A DNA stretch of 64,000 nucleotides, taken from positions 35,526,001 through 35,590,000 of the forward strand of contig OZ336882.1 of NCBI GenBank assembly GCA_965287045.1, written 5' to 3'. Origin of the DNA: Carcharhinus amblyrhynchos. Taxonomy: Eukaryota. A program made the translations under genes and the position numbers. Shown here in pieces: positions 37,901 through 46,900 of the stretch. Under the pieces are notes generated by a model, which saw only the letters and a program-made list of their open reading frames with translations, did not search any database and was not told where the DNA came from. Within the stretch, counting starts at the first letter, position 1; the number at the start of each line of letters is the position of its first letter.

Positions 37901-40900
37901 ACTATGTGGAGTTTTCACATTCTCCCCATCTGCATGGGTTTTCTCCAGGTGTTTCAGCTTTCTCCCACAGTCCAAAGATGTGCAGGTTAGGCAGATTGGT
38001 CATGTTAAATTGCCCCTTAGTGTCCAAAGATGTGTAGATTAGATGGTCTGACCATGAACAACGCATGGGTTATGGGGATAGGGGAGGGGAATGGACCTAG
38101 GCAGAGTGCTCTTTCAGAGAATCAGTGCAGATCGCTGAGCTGAATGGTCTCCTACTGCATTGTAGGGATGCTATGGACTCTTCTGCTGTTCATTATCGCC
38201 ACCAATTGTTTTATGGGACAGGAGATAGAGCATTTGAATAGACATAATCACAAGACCTACTCCTCATTATGATCTCTGCTTACATGCATCATCAGAAATT
38301 GAAATGTCTCACATCCACCGGATTTAGTAGGGTCGTGGAGTGGGGTAGGAAGAGGAAGGCATCAAGGGGGGAAAATCAAATGGGACAGTCACACCAGTCA
38401 CTGGCTACAAGGGACTTAGGACCCATGTTTCAGGCTTTGCAGACTTGTCAGCTACTGAGGGTTAGGCCAGCCAAAAAGACAAGACAATGAAATTATTCAA
38501 AACAATTAATAGCAACAGGGTATTTCACAATGCTTGAATGCAGCTGCCCTGTAACAACTACTCCAGATTAATAAAATTCGTGCCCATGCACACTCGTCCT
38601 CCACACACTCCACACTTCATCCACCAAATCCACCAGCGATTGATCAAAGTATGGTTAAGAGAAAAACTGCCCATCATAGATCACAATTTTAAACTCAAAA
38701 TTTTATATTGGGGAAAGTTTGGAACATCCTGTGGGATGAACACAAAGTCTCACCTTTACTGATGAGGAACTGTACTGTGCACAAATGGCCAGCTCTCGCA
38801 GCTTTCATTAAAGGCGTCCTCCCACCTTCAGATTCATGTTCCTAAAAAAAGGATGACAGCTTTGGAACCTCAGAAGTGTTCAAAAACTAGAATGCTAATT
38901 GTAGAATGCTAATTCCAATAAGCAAACTTCAAAATTCCATTAAACATAACTATACAGATCCTACCACATTTGTAATTTAACCTTGCAATAAAAATATTTT
39001 ATTTGAAAGTTATTTATAATATTTGCAGAGATTTGCCAATTGTAGTCAACTAAATGATCACAATCACATCTCCCCATTGGCCAAACCCTACAACATTGTC
39101 ACAGAATATAGCAATTCTTACCAAATCAGCTCCTGCTTGTAAGAGAACATCAGCAACATCAGTATGCCCGTTTTCACAGGCATATGTTAAGGCTGTATCT
39201 CCTGTAGCTGTAGTGGCATGCACATTTGCTCCTAATAAAGACAATTCAAATATAACATGTGATACTAAAAACATTTTGGATGTTTAAAACGTCTGGTAAG
39301 ACTATCCTGTAAATACTTTATCACTTCATTTAGAAATGCAACATGTTTTTAAATGAATAATTACTGTAACGCACAAAATAATTTAAGCAGTAATTAAAGT
39401 GAAACATTTGTAAATGCAGGTGCAATTTCTGTTTCAGATGCAAGGCTTAAAGTGTTTGGTTCCACAAATTAGATTTGACATCTGATAGGCCTTCAAAAAC
39501 TACACAATGTTTTATGCTAGAAATTGATGGTCCTCCATCCATTACCCCTCTAATAGAATTTTCAGAGTTGGTTAGCACCAGTAATAATTAATACACATTC
39601 CTTCCCATGTTAAATACATCGTGATTGTGACTGAACTCCTTCCGAAGTGACAAAAAGATAATTAATTTACTGCAAGGAATTCTTGTTCATCTGTGAATCC
39701 ATAACTTACAATGATCAAAATGAGTGCCCATATTAAGTGTGTGTGCATGTTTGGATTAAACATTAGATTTATCTAATCAAAATTGTAGAAGTAGGAAAAT
39801 AAATCCAAAAAGATTGCCAAAATAAGCAACAAAGCAGTAAAAATTAAAAAAATATGTTTGTATTTTGTCTGCAATTATTGGTAATCCAGTTAAGTGTTTA
39901 CCCAAGCACTATTATTTTGTGGGCTGCTTGCAGCATAGGTGAACAGGCTAAAAGTACTAATTAATAAATACTCACTATTAAAGGATCTCATTACAAACCT
40001 ACTCATTAATGCAGAATTGAATTTTCTATCTTGTAACTGAAATTTGATTTAATTAATTACATTACTCTATAATAGCTGGTTGTATTGTGCAACTAGATTA
40101 TGTGGAGAGACAAGGGTGCATACTATATTGCTCATGATATATAAAGTTGTATACTGCACTAACTTGACAGTACTTTTACACTTCTAAGCTACACAATTCT
40201 TCTGGATTCTAAAGTAAAACAGTAAAACCTTATTTGGGATATTAGACACTGGGTAAATAATCACTATAAAAATCAGGAACACACCTGCTGCAAGTAAATA
40301 TTTGACCAATTCAAGATGACCTTCTTGAGCAGCCTCCATCAATGGTGTTGAACAACCCAATTCAATGTCAGCTCCTGCCTTTATTAAAAAGTCTGCAACT
40401 TCCAAGAAGCCTCCACAGCAAGCTAGAGTCAGGGCCGTCTCTTGGGTTTCTTCTGTCTGTGCATTTATATTGGCTCCTATAAGTAGTCCAGGCAGCAATT
40501 TATAATTAATGAACAGTTTCCTCAACTGGACCCCTACAATTTTAATTATTTATTACTGTATGATAATAGCTTTTGTTTGGCAACTTCATTATGGAACTTG
40601 GTAACAAATACTAAATAAAAGCTAGCTGACCTACAACCAAAATTGCTGACATTGTCCAAGGAATTCCAATGCAATGTGTAATCACTGGCATGAAGTGTGA
40701 CTGGAGACATAGAGGAAACTCAATGGGGAGAATAAAAGATTAGACAAATAAAAAGTATTTTTGTCTATTTCAATTCAGCAGTTTTTTTTAGTCATGCCAT
40801 GCATGGGGCTAAGTCATTGTTTCTCACTTTCTACTAGTGCCTAGAATAGTTAAAACCATCCTCTGACAGAAAATGATTCAGCTTAAGGGAACCAGAATAA

Positions 40901-43900
40901 ACCCCATCAGATATGGAAGAAAAGATAAAGCTAGTCAGTTCAAATACAATTTTTTTTTGAATTGTCTGAAGATTTTTTTTTTAAAAGGAACTCTTGATTT
41001 TGAGACAAATGCTAAAAAATTCTCTCATTTAAAATAGTTTCAATTTTATTTCATCTGTCTGAAACCATCCAAGATAAAACAGACAATAGACAGCTCATGG
41101 CCAGCCATAAGATGCACTGTAAAACCTTGTGGTCAGGCTATCAGCACAACAGCTATTGCTGATTGTAATTTTCTATCTTCTGATAACATAAGGGTGATGG
41201 GATGTTAATGAAGAACAGGTACACCAATGACCCTCTGAATAGAAGCCTAATTTCTTCAGCTCTTATTTACTCTGCTCAAATACTAAAAGATAATGCTAAA
41301 TTAAGAGCAAAATAATACAAGTTTCTCTAGATAGCTATATTCACACAACATAGTCAGTAAATAGACAATTCTTCCAGTGCAATGCTATATCAATGAATCC
41401 TTGTTCAGTGTAAAGTTAAATATCGGGACATTACATACCCTGAGCAAGCAGCAAAGCCACCATTTCCTCATGACCTTCTCGTGAAGCTTCCATCAATGGT
41501 GTATATCCTTCATCATTTACTTCTTCTAAGTTTGCTCCTCGTTCTATAAGCAAAGCTGCTAACTCCACGTGACCACCACAAGCAGCAAGAGTTAATGGAG
41601 ACTCAAAAGAATCAGCTGGCATATTTACTTGTGCACCACTGTCTAAAAGGAGCCGAGCTACTTCAACATGGCCGTCCTATTCAATAAAGTCAATTATCAG
41701 CACTTTAATGTTAGAATACTGGTACTTTGTTTTTAAATAGAAAACAAATCAAATGCAAATCCAGCCTTGCTTTATTTTATTGCTGACATTCAATTTTGTA
41801 TTCAAAGTTAATACAACAGTGAACACTGATCATCACACTGGTTTTTCATACAATCCAAACTCATTGTTTAACTTAAAAATCTTCAGATTTCTGTAGAAAT
41901 ATTCATGAACATGCAATCAAAAACAAATCAAGTTACTGTGTAAAAACAGTTTTGAAAATTGTATAGTTTTCTCATCCCTGTGTTTTGAACTCTTGAGTTT
42001 GAATGGCATGTTCGTCTCAGACATCAAGTGGTTGACAATCTACATTTTGTGATTAAATGTACTAAGTGTTGTGTTCAAAACAGTTAACATTGCATTTATT
42101 GCATGAGGCAAAATGTAACAAGCTGAGATCCAAAAGGTGCAGCAATTTGAGGAGGAACAGGAAAGATGAGATTCACAAAAACACTTACCATACATGCTTC
42201 CATTAAAGCTGTATGCATTTCATCTGTTTTGTGCTCCTGATCAGCACCAGCTTCAAGAAGAAACCGCACCATTTCCAAATGCCCTAAATACACAGGTCAT
42301 TCAGAATATTAACAGAAAAATCTGATGTGTGTCAACTTGCAAGTGTATTTAAAACATCAGTTTTTTTTTCAGAAAACGAGGTACGCACTTGCTCTCTGCA
42401 TAAGTTTGATTATAAAATGGTGCATTGCTCAATTCTTTGAATTCTTTAGAATTTTCCAGAGATTTGTAATTTGCTCAGTTGTTGAGTATATTCAAGGCTA
42501 AGATCATTAAATTTTTGAATTCTGAGGAAATCAAGAGATATGGAGTGGATAGAGTTGAAGCAGAAGATTAATCATGATCTAAGTGAATTTTTACTCAGAA
42601 AAGGCTCGAGGACAACAAGGGTCCTTTATGTGGTTTTATGGAACATGAAAAAGGAAACAAAGGAAGCATTGGTCATATAGCAGAATATAGAGGTGCAAAT
42701 CTTGGAGGAGGTCCAAGTATTTATTTTGCTGTGGAAGCACCTCATACAAACAAGACTTATATTTCAAAGCTCTCAGTTTTCAAAAGCTTACTTTTTTTTT
42801 TGAGAAGGGGAGAAAAGATAATAATTGCACAATACACCAATGTGGCTGAAAGAAAATGGTATTGTGCTTTGAAGGGCTGATGTTGAAAGCCTTTATATTA
42901 CTAGTGTTAAAAACACTTAATATAGGTAAACAGCACCACAAGTTTTCAAAGTCCTATGGTGGAACTATATTGCAACTCTTAATACTCCTGGTTTCAAATT
43001 TTGCTATAAAAATTATGCATTATTCCAATTGCCCTGAGCAGACTAGTTTTTCAAGTTATGATTTCTCTTTACCTTGCTATAACTAAGGATATCTCAACTA
43101 AATCTGCTTAGAAAAACCAAACATCACATGACTAATTGCTTTAGTTTTAACCACTTAGAAAATATCTAAACTAAATTCAATGTTTTCAACATTCAAAGAA
43201 CATGTTTCATAGCTTATGAAATGTTAAATCCATACCTTTGTAACATGCCAGTGTAAGTGCACTTTCCTTGAACTCATTCGAATGGGTATTGATTCCAGCT
43301 CCATATTCTAAAAGCACCCGTGCAACCTCCACATGGCCAGCACTTGCTGCTTCCATCAGAGGAGTATGACCATTTTCATTGTGATCCTCAATATTGGCTC
43401 CTGCTTTCAGAAGTACTTTTACAACGTCAACAAACCCGCCAGCACAGGCATAAGTTAGTGCTGTGTTTCCTAAAAAGAAATTAAAAAGTATAAAGTGTCA
43501 TCTCACTTCACACAGAAACCAAGATTAGATAACTAAATACCGTACCAGTTGAAAACAACTTACCAGTTGAAGACTGAGCATTTACATCGGCATCATGGGC
43601 CAGTAGCAGTTTTACTATGTCTACGTAGCCTCCACTGGCTGCTGCCATCAATGGAGTAATATCTCCCTTGATGCCACGATCTTCAACGTTAGCATGCACC
43701 GCAAGCAAAACCTGAATAAAGTGAAATTAACAGGAGCTCAAAAAGGGTAGATTTTCTATTCAGCAAAACAAATTAAAGCTTCAATTGGTAGCTCAGAACT
43801 TAAGCAAGGGGCATATCATCAATGGCTCCTGATTGACCCGTCACTGGGGAAAGATCAGGCCATTCCCACAGTTGAGTTTGTTCTCTCATGAGACTTGTTA

Positions 43901-46900
43901 CCAATGCTAAATTTCGTATATGGCTCTCTGGATTTACACTATAATGTTGCACATCCAATTTCCTGACTTTTGGAGGAGTCATGGAATTCTATTTATGTAC
44001 AAGAACAGAATATCATATATGATCTGGTTGATCAGCTTAGGGAAAGGGTTTCCTTCTCTTGCAGCCTTTCTAAAGCTCCTCAGACTGCAATAAGTCCAAC
44101 CTCTTGCTGTCTATACCCCTATATCACCTAAAAGTATATTCTCAGCATCCTCAATCATATATTCATTCTCACGTGCACAGATATCCAAGCCCTAATGAAA
44201 CTCGGCTCACAAAAGGTTAACCTTCCTGCTCACGGCTGTCACTCCTTCACCACATTACACCATATCTCCCACCTAAACCACAGTGGTCCTGCAGCATTGT
44301 TAGTTTTTATTTTGGCTCCTCTTCATACTGTTCAGTTAATCTTTCCATGTTTGTACATCTAATTTTCAACCACCTCTCCTTCTAGATTCTCATTTACTAC
44401 ATCTCCACCTCACTATCTTTATGTTAACATTTCTTTCCTTCATTACTTAACTGCAAACCAAGGAACTCCTCAACCTCAGTGATTTTAGTGTGCACTTTAA
44501 TGAGCTGATTTCTCTATCTTCCTCTTCATCATAGTCCTTCACTTAATCCGTATCTGTCTCCTTGGTCACCATATACCTACTTGATTAAAACGGTTTTCTC
44601 CTGCAATCATTCCCAAATCATGGAATTATTTTCAACATATATTGCAATAGCAATCTTTCACCTGATTATATTGCATGTCTGTTAAGTGATCACAGCACCC
44701 AGTAAAAACAAAAAGGTGCAATTTTGCAGCAATAGACATTGCTTTGGTTTTGAGGATTTGCCAAAATTAATCTGTTATGCCCACAATTAATTTTAGAGGA
44801 ATTAATAACATATGGTATCCACAATAGCTTAACATGGGCTTATTATACAAATGTGCACTGGGACTGCTGTTTGTTTATTCCACCAATTCTCAACAGAACC
44901 TTACAACTACAAGTTTTACTTTTACATTTCTGCGTGTTTTAATCCAAGGGATTTACAATTGAAATGGTAATAAAAATTGGCAAACAGGGAAGATCAGATA
45001 CAAATTCACCACCTGTCTCCATAAACTTAAAATCAACACCATTCTAGTAAAACTGTTGTACGTACAACAAAAAAAGATTTTAATATAATGATGAAGTACA
45101 TTTTGATAGTTCTTGTTCAGATATACTGATAAAGTTTATTCAATCCACTGTACTGAGCATGGTTCAGTCTCCTCCTTTGTCAACCCCACAACTCCCCATC
45201 CTGCCATCTAAGGCAAGAAGGAGAATAATACATCGCCAATATGTTTGCACATTTAAGTTGTCTATATTTCTGGGATCGACTAATCACTGGAATTTCTTCC
45301 AGGTTGCAACCAGAATTCATAAAAGCAACTGGCACATGTTAATATCATGCATGTAAAGTTTAAGAGCAAATCTTAATACTTACTCAGGACTGATCAAAAA
45401 ACCTTTACAAGACTTGAGCAACTATATACTGTACACAGATATATACAGACAAAATTATAGAGTGCTGTCTTAATGTCAACTAAGATTAGTTACCACAATA
45501 GAGAAATACAGACTGTACACAAATCTAAGTGAAATACTGCCAATAGGCTCATGTAGCTATGTAGTGGCCACATGGCCAAACAATTCATTTTCATATTACT
45601 CAATCCAAAATGCTACAGAAATATGGATAAATGAAAATCTTTGTGGCTTGAATGCAGTACTGTGTAGCAGGAAGGAGAAATTTTGTACGTTTGTTTATTG
45701 TAAAACAATTGGGTTACTCAATACTTACTTGTGCCAGCTCATAGTAGCCGGCAGAGCATGCTAAGCAAAGGAGACTTTCACCCTCTTCTGTATGCTCGTT
45801 TACACTTCGTCCTTCATCTAGCAGTTTTCGGACCGCATTTACATCTCCATCTGAGCATGCTTCTGCTAAGCTTCGGCTAAATCAGGAAACAAATTTAAAT
45901 AACTTATTCTTACAGGTCATCAAATTTAATAGAAATACGTACTCCATAGGTTTTATTTTTGAACTTTAGCTGAAGTGTAAAAAAAACATCTGTATCTGGC
46001 AAGTGTGGCTCAAAAACCTGAAACAAGACATTTGATCTTAAAATATTCACTACTAATCATAGCTACTGATGCCATGGGTTTTCTGCATAAATTGCTCTTT
46101 AGTTAATTATTCTACTGGTTAATAAAAAGTATGATTTACCAGTTTAAAACCTCAGCCTTTTAAATTATATTGAATGTAAACATTTGCCAAAAAGGAAAAC
46201 ATTAAAATCAGTCAGAGGATGGCACATGTACAAGGAGTAAATAAAAGAAAATTGCAACATTAAAATTAGTCATGATAGTGATCTGTCAACCACAATATGT
46301 TACAGTGTCAACTATATTAAAACCACCACATCTTAAAGGCCAATGGTGCAACAATAAAAATTCCACAAATGGTACAGTAATAACAATCCTATGAAGACCA
46401 GCTGCTGCTTGGGCCCAATCCTGGATTAGGGAACTGGCACACATTCTCAATGAGCATCAACAGGTAGTAATTTACAAGATGGATGGATGGATTGCCATAA
46501 ATTGAAGTTCATTTCCTCTGGCAGTGGAAGGTGAAAAAAAAACACTTCCTAGATTCCAAATGTCTCAGCTTTCCTTGTTTGTGGATTCCTGGGTTAATTC
46601 ATCATGACAGTTTAGCTTGACAATCTCTTTATGCACAATATCCCACAAATAAAACAATGAAACATTAATTAGATTCACTGGAATATAAAAATAGTGCAGT
46701 CACAGAATTTCACTATCAGGATCTAAGCAACACTGCCTGGCATAAGAGAGTATGCAGTGCATATACAAATGCAGAAATTCATCAAGGCTATTGCCAGGGC
46801 AATTGTTATGCAGTGATCAAGTGAATAAAATTTTTATTAAGTGGCATTCACCTGTGTTGTCAGAGCTCTATTCTTGAGTTCTGTCAGTTTAAAAGTACAG

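Noticed and set aside
43697-43699. Val in VLLAVHANV (Met in the recalled human protein) and Ser in MEASREGH
   Set aside because: Single conservative substitutions; no functional inference is possible without an alignment.
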